From contig JAISIV010000019.1 in assembly GCA_031261865.1 (NCBI GenBank), forward strand, positions 1 through 37,669: a DNA stretch of 37,669 bases. The letters are read 5' to 3'. Shown here piece after piece: positions 1 to 8,438 of this stretch (position 1 is the stretch's first letter; each line of letters begins with the position of its first letter). Source of the DNA: Lactobacillaceae bacterium. GTDB lineage: Bacteria; Bacillota; Bacilli; Lactobacillales; Lactobacillaceae. A program made the translations under genes and the position numbers. Under the pieces are notes generated by a model, which was not told the origin of the DNA, searched no databases, and worked only from the letters and a program-made list of their open reading frames with translations.

Positions 1-1341
1 TTTGCTCAAGCTTTGGATGAAGGACGTCAGATGGCTTATAAAGCCGTTATGAAGCCTACTGAAGGAACAATTTTAACGGTTATCCGTGAATCCTCTGAAG
101 CTGCTTTAGAAACGGCAAAAAACTCTAATGACGTTATTGAAGTCGCTAAAGCCGCTTATGAAGCATCTAAAAAAGCACTAGCCTCTACTCCAGATTTGTT
201 ACCAGTTTTAAAAGAAGTCGGAGTTGTCGATTCTGGCGGCCAAGGTTTAGTTTTCGTTCTTAAAGCTTTTTATGAAGTGTTGTCTGGTGATATGTCACCC
301 GAAGATATCGTCATTGATGAGAATTCTGACTTCAACGAAATTAAAGGTGAATTTGATGCTCAAGTATCTCTTGATCCTGCTGATATTGTCTATGGATATT
401 GCACGACTATTTTGCTAGAAGCTGGTAAAGGAACGACTTTTACAAAGCCATTTGATTATGATGAATTTTACGAGCGTCTCGGAAAATTAGGGGATTCTCT
501 TCTAGTTTTGCAAGATGACAATATGGTCAAGACTCACGTCCACGTTGAAGACCCAGGTGCCGTCTTATCTATCGCTACTGAATACGGATCAATTGCCAGT
601 GTAAAGATTGATAACATGCGCGACCAACAACAAGAAGTTATCGACAGAGTTGAGCGTGAAAAAGCACAACGTGCAAAACAAGCTGTTAAAACTGCTGTTA
701 TCGCAGTTGCTGGTGGACAAGGATTAGTTGATTTATTAGTTTCAATGGGTGTTACAGACGTTATTTCTGGCGGACAAACAATGAATCCTTCAACTCAAGA
801 TATCGTTCAAGCAATTGAAAAAACCGGTGCTAAAAACGCAATTATCTTGCCAAATAATTCGAATATCTTTATGTCAGCAAATCAAGCCGCAGACTTAGTT
901 GATATCCCTGTTAAAGTGGTTCAAACCAGAACCATTCAACAAGGAATTACTGCTATGCTAGGATTCAATCCGGATGGTGAACTTGAAGATAATTTTGAAG
1001 CGATGAACGAGGAAATTAAGAACGTAAAGTCTCTTGAAATCACCCAAGCCGTTAGAAACACTACTTTGGATGGTCGTGAAATTTCCGATGGTGATTGGAT
1101 GGGTATTGCTGATGGTAATATTGTCGCCAACGGCAAGAAACCTCAAGAAGTATTGATTGAGGCCTTAGGTGAGATGATTGATTCAGACGACGAAATTGTC
1201 ACTATTTTCTATGGCGATAACGTTTCTGAAAAGGAAGCTAAATCGGCAGAAGCGTTGATTAACTCAAAATTTGATGGAATCGAGACTGAGCTACATTTTG
1301 GTGGACAGAAACTTTATCCGTTATTAATCTCAGTTGAATAA
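1..1341 (+). CDS. fakA: DAK2-domain fatty acid kinase catalytic subunit FakA/YloV (5'-truncated by window edge)
   Basis: Frame open from base 1. Motifs AYKAVMKPTEGTILTV, GVVDSGGQG, YGYCT, KTHVHVEDPG, ISGGQTMNPS and C-terminal GGQKLYPLLISVE. Usual position upstream of recG-plsX. Confidence 0.93.
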   Translation, partial: FAQALDEGRQMAYKAVMKPTEGTILTVIRESSEAALETAKNSNDVIEVAKAAYEASKKALASTPDLLPVLKEVGVVDSGGQGLVFVLKAFYEVLSGDMSPEDIVIDENSDFNEIKGEFDAQVSLDPADIVYGYCTTILLEAGKGTTFTKPFDYDEFYERLGKLGDSLLVLQDDNMVKTHVHVEDPGAVLSIATEYGSIASVKIDNMRDQQQEVIDRVEREKAQRAKQAVKTAVIAVAGGQGLVDLLVSMGVTDVISGGQTMNPSTQDIVQAIEKTGAKNAIILPNNSNIFMSANQAADLVDIPVKVVQTRTIQQGITAMLGFNPDGELEDNFEAMNEEIKNVKSLEITQAVRNTTLDGREISDGDWMGIADGNIVANGKKPQEVLIEALGEMIDSDDEIVTIFYGDNVSEKEAKSAEALINSKFDGIETELHFGGQKLYPLLISVE

Positions 1342-1367
1342 ATGTGAAAATATTGTGAAATATTTTT

Positions 1368-1396
1368 AAAAAGTGCGCTAAATGTGCGCTTTTTTT
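1368..1396 (+). terminator. Intrinsic terminator after fakA
   Basis: AAAAGTGCGC-TAAAT-GTGCGCTTTT (two G-U pairs) followed by a T-tract. Confidence 0.7.
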
Positions 1397-1422
1397 ATTT
1401 GTAATCTATAAAATTTTATGTA

Positions 1423-2946
1423 ATGGGAAATTTGTCAGTTAATAAAAAGAGCACAATTATACCCCTCGCTGCCATTGGAATGGGAGTGCTTTTTGCTGAC
1501 AACCAACAACCCCTTATCGCTCAAGCCGATCAATTAGTTCAGCCCGCTTTTACTAGTGCTTCAGTTTCGCAAAATTTAACCGATTCAGTTCAAAACTCTG
1601 AAGAGGAGATGCAAAGTTCCTCTCAAGAACAACTGGCTTCAAATGAGGCTTCTCAAGAAACTTTGACTAGTCAAAGCGACACTGTTCCAAATGAAGCAGT
1701 GTCTCAAATTGACTCTGGGAGTGCCACATCGAATATTGATAGTGCCTACAGCTTAAGCCAATCAATTTTTGACTCACTTGCTTATGTAAGCCAAGTTCAA
1801 AGTCTTAAATTAATTGAATCAATACATCTCAGTCTCAAGGATTCGGCATCTCTGAGCACTAGTGCCTTGCAATCCGATGCCGTTTCGATGAGCCTAAGTA
1901 CAACTGTTTCAAATAGTCAAAGCCGCTTCGATTCGGCATCTGAAAAAACAAGCATGAACGAAAGCAAATCTGAGTTTGTATGGGATTACATGCACGGCAG
2001 TGATTCAGCATCAAAACAAAAATCACGTTCAAATTCTCAATCGCAGTCTATTTTAGAATCGACTAGTAGTTCTGAAGTTGAGACAAACAGTGATTCGCTT
2101 TCAAATTCCCTAGCATCTGATAGCAATGCTATAAGTGATTCTCAAAGCGCACAAGAGAGCCAAGCTGTATCAGAATCAACTACCGAATCTGATTCCAGCC
2201 AAAAAATCTCGGAACAAACTTCTGATTCTACTGGAAGTGACTCAGCAAATTCTGAAGTTATTAATTCAGATGCTAGTGAAGAAACATCTAAATCTATAGC
2301 AACTAGTAATTCCGTAAGCCCTATTTCTCCAATCAAGCCTAGTAATGGTGCAGTTTCGGAATCAGTTTCTAACCAAACCGATGAATCGACAGTAGCATCT
2401 GCGATTAAATCTGCTGAACAAGCAACCTCGCAAAGTAAACATCAAGTCAGTTCGAATTCCCCTGTTTCAGAAGTAGTCGAGAGTAGGACTTCACAAAATT
2501 CTAAAACCGTAGAAAGTGTCCAACAATCTCAAATTACTGTCACTAGTAAGGTCGAAAGCACAGAAAATACTCAACAAAGTCAAGCTGCTATTACCGAAGT
2601 GACTCAATCTAAGGATGCCGTTAATGAGCAAGCACCGGATGATAATTTAAATTCAGTTCTCAGTTGGGTAAACCCTGTTCAACAAGTGGCTGAGGTTTCT
2701 AAACATTTGGCGGAGACGATTTCACGCGGGGATGATAGCGACGAAACAACTGTCGAAAATCCTCATGCTACTGAAAAAACGAAGAAATGGGAAACATTTA
2801 GTCCTACATATTCCGAAGGCGATGTTAAAGCCTCTAAAAAATGGAATGTGGCCGCGACATATTCAATTTATGGAATTGGTGCAGTAGGAATCGTTGGAGC
2901 CGGATACGGAATTCAATCATTGAGAAGATTATTAAAGAGGAAATAA
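1423..2946 (+). CDS. Ser/Gln/Thr-rich low-complexity putative surface protein (signal peptide, C-terminal TM anchor)
   Basis: N-terminal KK + hydrophobic stretch + AQA cleavage-like site; long S-rich body; C-terminal IYGIGAVGIVGAGYGI followed by RRLLKRK. Confidence 0.75.
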   Translation: MGNLSVNKKSTIIPLAAIGMGVLFADNQQPLIAQADQLVQPAFTSASVSQNLTDSVQNSEEEMQSSSQEQLASNEASQETLTSQSDTVPNEAVSQIDSGSATSNIDSAYSLSQSIFDSLAYVSQVQSLKLIESIHLSLKDSASLSTSALQSDAVSMSLSTTVSNSQSRFDSASEKTSMNESKSEFVWDYMHGSDSASKQKSRSNSQSQSILESTSSSEVETNSDSLSNSLASDSNAISDSQSAQESQAVSESTTESDSSQKISEQTSDSTGSDSANSEVINSDASEETSKSIATSNSVSPISPIKPSNGAVSESVSNQTDESTVASAIKSAEQATSQSKHQVSSNSPVSEVVESRTSQNSKTVESVQQSQITVTSKVESTENTQQSQAAITEVTQSKDAVNEQAPDDNLNSVLSWVNPVQQVAEVSKHLAETISRGDDSDETTVENPHATEKTKKWETFSPTYSEGDVKASKKWNVAATYSIYGIGAVGIVGAGYGIQSLRRLLKRK

Positions 2947-2959
2947 TTTCCTCTTTTTT
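2934..2959 (+). terminator. Intrinsic terminator overlapping the stop codon
   Basis: AAAGAGGAAA-TAA-TTTCCTCTTT plus T-tract. Confidence 0.7.
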
Positions 2960-2974
2960 CTTACAATAAATAAA

Positions 2975-5014
2975 GTGATAAAAATATTTGATTCAATTGA
3001 TGGTATTTCAGGAATCGGTCCTAAAAGATTGCAAGCTCTCCATAATCTAGGTATTTTCAATGTTAATGATATGTTGACTTATTATCCTTCTAGATACGAA
3101 GACATCTCTTCGCAACTCCCATCCCAAACGGAAAATGGCGCAAAAGTTGCATTTCAAGGGACGATTAGTTCGCTTCCGAAGGTTAGATTTTTAGGATCAA
3201 AAAGATCTATGACTGATTTTGGATTGTTAGTGGAGCACGACAATATTCGTGTCACTTTTTTTAATCAACCATGGGTTGTTAAGAATCGACAAATTGGCGA
3301 TACCGTCGCAGTATTCGGGACTTACGACAAAAATCGACAATCCCTATCTGCAACCAAAGTATTAACTGATATTGATGATTCAGACATTCAAGTGATTCAC
3401 CCGGTTTCAAAGGATATTAATCAAAAAACTTTAACTCAGTTAATCGAAAATACTTATGCCAAATATCGAAACGATATTGTAGATATTGTCCCAAAACATA
3501 TCGTTTCTCAATACGGTTTGATGAATCGAAAAGAAATGATTGAGTCGATGCAATTTCCTAAAACTAAATTTCAAGCTAATCAGGCGACGAAGTCAGCAAT
3601 GTTTGAAGAGTTCTTTTTGTTTCAAATGCGGATTCAACTTCTAAAGTATCAGCAACGAGAGAATTATGGAAGGCAAATCATCATTGATCAAAAACTTTTA
3701 GATGACTTTATTGCTAAATTACCGTTTCAGTTAACTGAAGCCCAATTGAACGCGACTAGAGAAATTTTGAATGATATGTCGCGCCCAATTCATATGAACC
3801 GATTGGTTCAAGGCGACGTTGGTTCTGGAAAGACGGTTGTGGCGGCTATTGCTATTTTGGCAGCAGTTAATGACGGTATGCAAGCCGCCTTAATGGCGCC
3901 TACGGAAATTCTCGCCACTCAACACGCAAAAACAATTTCTGATTTATATCAACGCGCAGGAATTGGGATGAGAATTGAAATTCTTACTTCTTCGACTAAA
4001 AAATCTGTGCGTAAACAATTATTGGAAGATTTAAAGAGTGGGCAAATTAATCTCCTGATTGGAACGCATTCTTTAATTCAAGAAGATGTCGAATTTAAAA
4101 ACCTAGGACTAGCCGTAATTGATGAGCAGCATCGTTTTGGAGTTAACCAACGAGCTATTTTAAGAAAACAAGGTCAAAATCCAGATATTTTAGCTTTAAC
4201 AGCTACGCCAATTCCTCGAACTCTAGCTATTACAGCTTATGGTGAAATGGATGTTAGTTCGATTAAACAACTACCTAAAGGCCGAAAACCAATTAAAACT
4301 TTCCGCGGTTCGATGAATGAAATTGACCAGATTTACAAATGGGTTCATCAAGAAGTAAAACAAAATGGTGCCCAAGTTTATGTTGTCACTCCTTTAGTTG
4401 AAGAGTCTGAAAAAATAGAAGCTCAAGATTCGGTTGCAACTTACGAATACATAAAAAACGAATATCCAGATTTAAGAGTGGGTCTTTTACACGGACGAGT
4501 GTCACCAGAAGAAAAACAAAAAACACTTTCGGAATTCAAGAACGGTCAAATTGATGTTTTAGTTTCAACGACTGTTGTAGAAGTTGGCGTTGACGCTCCT
4601 GAAGCGACAATCATGATTGTGTTAGATGCGGATCGATTTGGATTATCCACCTTGCATCAATTACGGGGCCGAGTGGGACGCGGTGAGAAGCAGAGTTACG
4701 CCGTATTAGTCGCTGATCCTAAAACTGATTACGGACAACAAAGGTTAGATGCGCTGGTTGCGACCACTGATGGGTTCGAGTTGTCCCAAAAAGACTTAGA
4801 ACTTCGAGGACCAGGAGATATTATCGGTGTAAAACAATCGGGGATGCCTGATTTTAAGGTTGGTGATCCGATTAAAAATTTGGACGTTATGGAAGAGGCG
4901 CAACGTGCAGCAATTGATACAATCTCTGAGCCTAATTGGGATTCAAAACCCGACAATCAAGTATTGGTAGAATATTTATCAGAAACAATGGAAAGATATA
5001 AGGATTTCGACTAA
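2975..5014 (+). CDS. recG: ATP-dependent DNA helicase RecG
   Basis: QGDVGSGKT, DEQHRFG, TATPIPRT, HQLRGRVGRG, DLELRGPG; GTG start. Confidence 0.97.
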   Translation: MIKIFDSIDGISGIGPKRLQALHNLGIFNVNDMLTYYPSRYEDISSQLPSQTENGAKVAFQGTISSLPKVRFLGSKRSMTDFGLLVEHDNIRVTFFNQPWVVKNRQIGDTVAVFGTYDKNRQSLSATKVLTDIDDSDIQVIHPVSKDINQKTLTQLIENTYAKYRNDIVDIVPKHIVSQYGLMNRKEMIESMQFPKTKFQANQATKSAMFEEFFLFQMRIQLLKYQQRENYGRQIIIDQKLLDDFIAKLPFQLTEAQLNATREILNDMSRPIHMNRLVQGDVGSGKTVVAAIAILAAVNDGMQAALMAPTEILATQHAKTISDLYQRAGIGMRIEILTSSTKKSVRKQLLEDLKSGQINLLIGTHSLIQEDVEFKNLGLAVIDEQHRFGVNQRAILRKQGQNPDILALTATPIPRTLAITAYGEMDVSSIKQLPKGRKPIKTFRGSMNEIDQIYKWVHQEVKQNGAQVYVVTPLVEESEKIEAQDSVATYEYIKNEYPDLRVGLLHGRVSPEEKQKTLSEFKNGQIDVLVSTTVVEVGVDAPEATIMIVLDADRFGLSTLHQLRGRVGRGEKQSYAVLVADPKTDYGQQRLDALVATTDGFELSQKDLELRGPGDIIGVKQSGMPDFKVGDPIKNLDVMEEAQRAAIDTISEPNWDSKPDNQVLVEYLSETMERYKDFD

Positions 5015-6060
5015 TGTCAGAAAAACAATTTACAATCGCGGTTGATGCGATGGGCGGAGATTTCGCTCCTGAAGAAATCGTTGCCGGTGCATTAATGGCC
5101 CGTGATAAGTATGAAAATATTAAAATTCAATTATTTGGACAAACCGAAAAAGTTAAACCATTAGTTACTAATGATCAAAGAATTGAAATTATCGAAGCGC
5201 CAGAAGTTATCGAAATGGGCGAAGAACCAGTAAAAGCTATTCGTCGAAAAAAAGAATCATCCCTCGTTTTAGCCGCTAACGCCGTAAAAGAGGGAACTGC
5301 AGACGCATTGTTCTCTGCCGGAAATACCGGTGCGTTATTGGCTGCTTCAATTTTTATTGTTGGACGAATTCCTGGTGTCAAAAGGCCAGCCTTACTAACT
5401 GTTTTGCCATCAATTAAGAATCCAAAACGTCCTTGGGTGTTAATGGATGTTGGTGCCAACGCAGAAAGCAAGCCAACTTATCTCTATCAATTTGGAATTC
5501 TTGCTGATTTTTACTCTCGCAAGATGGTTGGGGTAGAAAAGCCGGAAGTTAAATTATTGAACAATGGTGCTGAAGAAGATAAGGGTGACCAAGTCCATAT
5601 TGCCGCACACCAGTTGCTAAAAAATTCCGACCTTAATTTTCAAGGTAACATCGAAGCTCGTGAATTGTTGGATGGGTCCGCGGATGTGGTAGTTGCTGAT
5701 GGTTTTTCTGGTAATGCCGCTTTAAAGTCAATTGAAGGAACTGCTCTCAATATTTTTGGTGCCTTAAGTGACACCATTAAAAACGGAGGATTAAGAACAA
5801 AGCTCGGTGGTTTATTGGTTAAACCAGCTTTGAAGAAATTCGCTTCAGTTTTGGATTATAATAATGCAGGTGGCGCTGTAATTTTAGGGGTTAACGCTCC
5901 TGTTGTTAAGACGCACGGATCTGCAAAAAGATTAGCCGTTTCCAACACTATCGGCCAAATCCGAGAGATGTTAGAAACGAACATTGTTGGTGAAGTTAAG
6001 GCTTATGTCGAAAATAATGATGCAACCTTTAACCCGCCAGTTGGAGAGAATGAGGAATAA
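5014..6060 (+). CDS. plsX: Phosphate acyltransferase PlsX
   Basis: IAVDAMGGDFAP, SAGNTGA, DVGANAE, DGFSGN, KTHG; TAATG overlap with recG. Confidence 0.97.
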   Translation: MSEKQFTIAVDAMGGDFAPEEIVAGALMARDKYENIKIQLFGQTEKVKPLVTNDQRIEIIEAPEVIEMGEEPVKAIRRKKESSLVLAANAVKEGTADALFSAGNTGALLAASIFIVGRIPGVKRPALLTVLPSIKNPKRPWVLMDVGANAESKPTYLYQFGILADFYSRKMVGVEKPEVKLLNNGAEEDKGDQVHIAAHQLLKNSDLNFQGNIEARELLDGSADVVVADGFSGNAALKSIEGTALNIFGALSDTIKNGGLRTKLGGLLVKPALKKFASVLDYNNAGGAVILGVNAPVVKTHGSAKRLAVSNTIGQIREMLETNIVGEVKAYVENNDATFNPPVGENEE

Positions 6061-6311
6061 TGAAAAAAGATAAAGATCAAATATATAACGAATTAGTCGA
6101 TGAAATCTCAAAGCGCTTTGATTTGTCGAAGGATAAAATTACGCCTAATTTGAATTTCATAACTGATGTTGATGCTGACTCTATCGATTTCGTGGAACTC
6201 GTTCTTGAATTGGAAGATATGTATCAATTGGAAATTCCTGATGAAGTGGCTGAAAAGCTAATCACTCTTCAAGAAACTGTTGATTATATCTACCAAAATC
6301 AAGGTGAATAA
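6060..6311 (+). CDS. acpP: Acyl carrier protein
   Basis: DADSIDFVEL phosphopantetheine motif; acidic 83 aa; coupled to plsX. Confidence 0.95.
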   Translation: MKKDKDQIYNELVDEISKRFDLSKDKITPNLNFITDVDADSIDFVELVLELEDMYQLEIPDEVAEKLITLQETVDYIYQNQGE

Positions 6312-6314
6312 ATT

Positions 6315-6340
6315 AACCGCAAAAATTGCGGTTTTTATTT
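6315..6340 (+). terminator. Intrinsic terminator after acpP
   Basis: AACCGCAA-AAA-TTGCGGTT plus T-tract. Confidence 0.8.
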
Positions 6341-6404
6341 TCTACAAACAAAAAATATTAAAGCTGGAAACCTCAGTATTTCTACTGAGTTCAAGGAGAA
6401 AACA

Positions 6405-7112
6405 ATGCTTAAATTTATCAAATCGAATCAAACATTAGGAGTGACGCTTTTTGCCGCCACTTTTTTTATTGCTGCCTGGGCCAATATTAACGTAGCCCTG
6501 GTTATTGAATTACCGTTTCATATTCCTTTTACGCCCCAAAGTTTTCATGTGACTTTCACTGCTGGAGACTTCGTTTTTCCAATGGCGTATATCTTGAATG
6601 ATTTGGCCGCTGAATTCTTTGGAAAAAGAAAAGCTATTATGGTTACCGTTTCTGCCAATTTAACTTATCTATTTTTCTCAGTCACAACTTATCTTGCTAC
6701 CATGATCCCTAACGAAAGCCCTGAAATGACTAAGGCCATGCAAGATATCTTTGCGTTCTCACCACGCGTCGCTATTTCATCAATCCTCGCTTTGTTATTG
6801 GGAACTTCTCTAAATGCAATCATTTTTAATACCATGAAAGACCGTGGCTTCGGTTTCAAATCGCGTGCCTGGGTTTCTACTTTATTTGGTGAAGTATCAG
6901 ATGCGACTTCAGTTTCGTGGTTAATGTTCGGTGGCCTTCCATTTTTGCAAAACGTTCCTGGATTAAATGAAATTTATCCAGCTACGGTTATTTGGTCGAT
7001 GGTTGCCACTCAAATTGTTATCAAGCTTGCTCTTGAAGCCTTCATGCTTCCTCATACGCACCGAATTGCTAGAAATCTCCATAAACAAATGGGAGATTCT
7101 CAAATTGCGTAA
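6405..7112 (+). CDS. Queuosine precursor transporter, YhhQ/VUT (Vut_1) family
   Basis: Multi-TM protein with family-typical motifs TAGDFVFPMAYILNDLAAEFFG, SPRVAISSILA, RAWVSTLFGEVSD, K.ALEA; SD AAGGAG. Confidence 0.85.
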   Translation: MLKFIKSNQTLGVTLFAATFFIAAWANINVALVIELPFHIPFTPQSFHVTFTAGDFVFPMAYILNDLAAEFFGKRKAIMVTVSANLTYLFFSVTTYLATMIPNESPEMTKAMQDIFAFSPRVAISSILALLLGTSLNAIIFNTMKDRGFGFKSRAWVSTLFGEVSDATSVSWLMFGGLPFLQNVPGLNEIYPATVIWSMVATQIVIKLALEAFMLPHTHRIARNLHKQMGDSQIA

Positions 7113-7797
7113 GATTTTAATTACTGGAGCTTCCAATGGGATTGGACTTGCAATTGCTGAAACGTTAATTTCAAACGGAGATTTTGTCTATAACGTTGAT
7201 ATTGTCCCCCCTGAAAAAACATGTTCAAATTATCGGTATATTGAATCTGATTTGTCCAAACTAGACTCTTTTGAAGTACCTAGCGATATTGATATCTTGA
7301 TTAACAATGTCGGTGTTTCTGATAAAAGTACAAGACTCGTGGACTTGACTTGGGATCAAATTTTTAACCTAGTGAATGTCAATTTTGTTGGACAAATGTT
7401 TCTCAGCCGACAAGTCATTCAAACCTGGCTAGAACTTAATAAAAAAGGCCTCATTTTGACAGTTTCTTCGATCGCCTCTTATTTGGCTGGGGTAGGTGAG
7501 GGAAGCGTCTATACTTCTTTAAAACATGCTCAAAACGGATTAATTAAAGGACTCGCCGCGGAATACGGTCCTTTTGGAATTAGAAGCATTGGATTGGCCC
7601 CAGGAGCCGTAGATACGGCCATGAATTCCTATATGTCTTCGACCGAAATGGAGGCAGTTTCTGATGTTATTCCGCTACGCAGATGGTCTACTCCGCAAGA
7701 AATAGCAATGGCGGCTAAATGGTTAGTTTCAGAAGAAAATACTTTCATGAATGGAACGACCTTGATATTAGACGGTGGTGACACGATATTTAAATGA
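7105..7797 (+). CDS. Short-chain dehydrogenase/reductase (FabG-like, resembling the PRK06550 subgroup)
   Basis: TGASNGIG, NNVG, SSIAS, YTSLK (YxxxK), APGAVDT, LDGG. Start reassigned to TTG at 7105 (SD GGGAGA at 7091-7096), overlapping the transporter stop. Confidence 0.88.
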   Translation: MRKILITGASNGIGLAIAETLISNGDFVYNVDIVPPEKTCSNYRYIESDLSKLDSFEVPSDIDILINNVGVSDKSTRLVDLTWDQIFNLVNVNFVGQMFLSRQVIQTWLELNKKGLILTVSSIASYLAGVGEGSVYTSLKHAQNGLIKGLAAEYGPFGIRSIGLAPGAVDTAMNSYMSSTEMEAVSDVIPLRRWSTPQEIAMAAKWLVSEENTFMNGTTLILDGGDTIFK

Positions 7798-7888
7798 CGC
7801 ACCAAATCTTAATGTAAGCAAATGAATCTATGATTCATGTTGCGCGCTTATGCAGAGCTTTATTTGGGCTGCGGAATTTATGCAACGC

Positions 7889-7988
7889 TAAGTGATGACT
7901 TAGTGAGCGAAGCGAACTTAGTCAGAACTTATCCCCTTCGGGGACGAGAACTTGCGAGCAAGTACGCTGCTAAGTAGGGCCTCATAAA
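7889..7988 (+). repeat. Structured hairpin element, copy 1 (GAA triloop, tandem GA mismatches)
   Basis: TAAGT-GA-TGACT-T-AGT-GA-GC-GAA-GC-GA-ACT-T-AGTCA-GA-ACTTA, then TCCCC-TTC-GGGGA; related to 9647-9764. Confidence 0.7.
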
Positions 7989-8011
7989 TAACAACAGCTC
8001 TTACTTACAAA

Positions 8012-8386
8012 ATGGAAAATAAAGTTCAACTTACAATCTGGTCCTCAATATTTTCAACTGCGCTTCTAATCGCTTTGAGAACGAATAACTCTACTTCAGG
8101 AGTCGTGATTTCAGGCACGTATTTATTGAGTGGGTTGTTTTTTCTGGCCTACTTCTATTTTGCAATCCAAGTTATTCGACAAATAAAAAATAAGTGGCAG
8201 GTAATTATTCCTTATTCTGATATCTTGTTGACCTTCATTTATGTCATGTTAGTGATTGTCGAACCTATTCAAGCCATTCGCATCAACCCACTTTACCTTG
8301 TCCCAGTAATATTGAAACTCGTCATGCCCCTGTTTTATTACATGTTTATACGTGACAAGAGCTATTCGCACAGAACAGAGGATTAA
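8012..8386 (+). CDS. Hypothetical membrane protein (~4 TM)
   Basis: 124-aa ORF with four hydrophobic segments; no SD visible. Confidence 0.6.
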   Translation: MENKVQLTIWSSIFSTALLIALRTNNSTSGVVISGTYLLSGLFFLAYFYFAIQVIRQIKNKWQVIIPYSDILLTFIYVMLVIVEPIQAIRINPLYLVPVILKLVMPLFYYMFIRDKSYSHRTED

Positions 8387-8438
8387 AAGTGTTCATCAAC
8401 AAGTGAGTAATTTATAATGTTAGGGTAGGAGAAAATAA

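Noticed and set aside
6341-6404. preQ1 riboswitch upstream of the YhhQ transporter (ATATTA, hairpin CTCAGTA-TTTC-TACTGAG, then CAAGGAGAA)
   Set aside because: The 3' part loosely recalls preQ1-II, but no P2 loop complementary to the SD (CCTTG-like) is present, and there is no preQ1-I pattern.
6967-7104. 46-aa N-terminal extension of the SDR in the ORF track
   Set aside because: It overlaps the transporter; TTG 7105 has an SD and begins the Rossmann fold.
7798-8011. Assignment as M-box, 6S, tmRNA, RNase P or SRP RNA
   Set aside because: Only short fragments resemble the M-box (TGAGGC, TAAAGCTCT on the minus strand); the core conserved motifs of these RNAs are absent.
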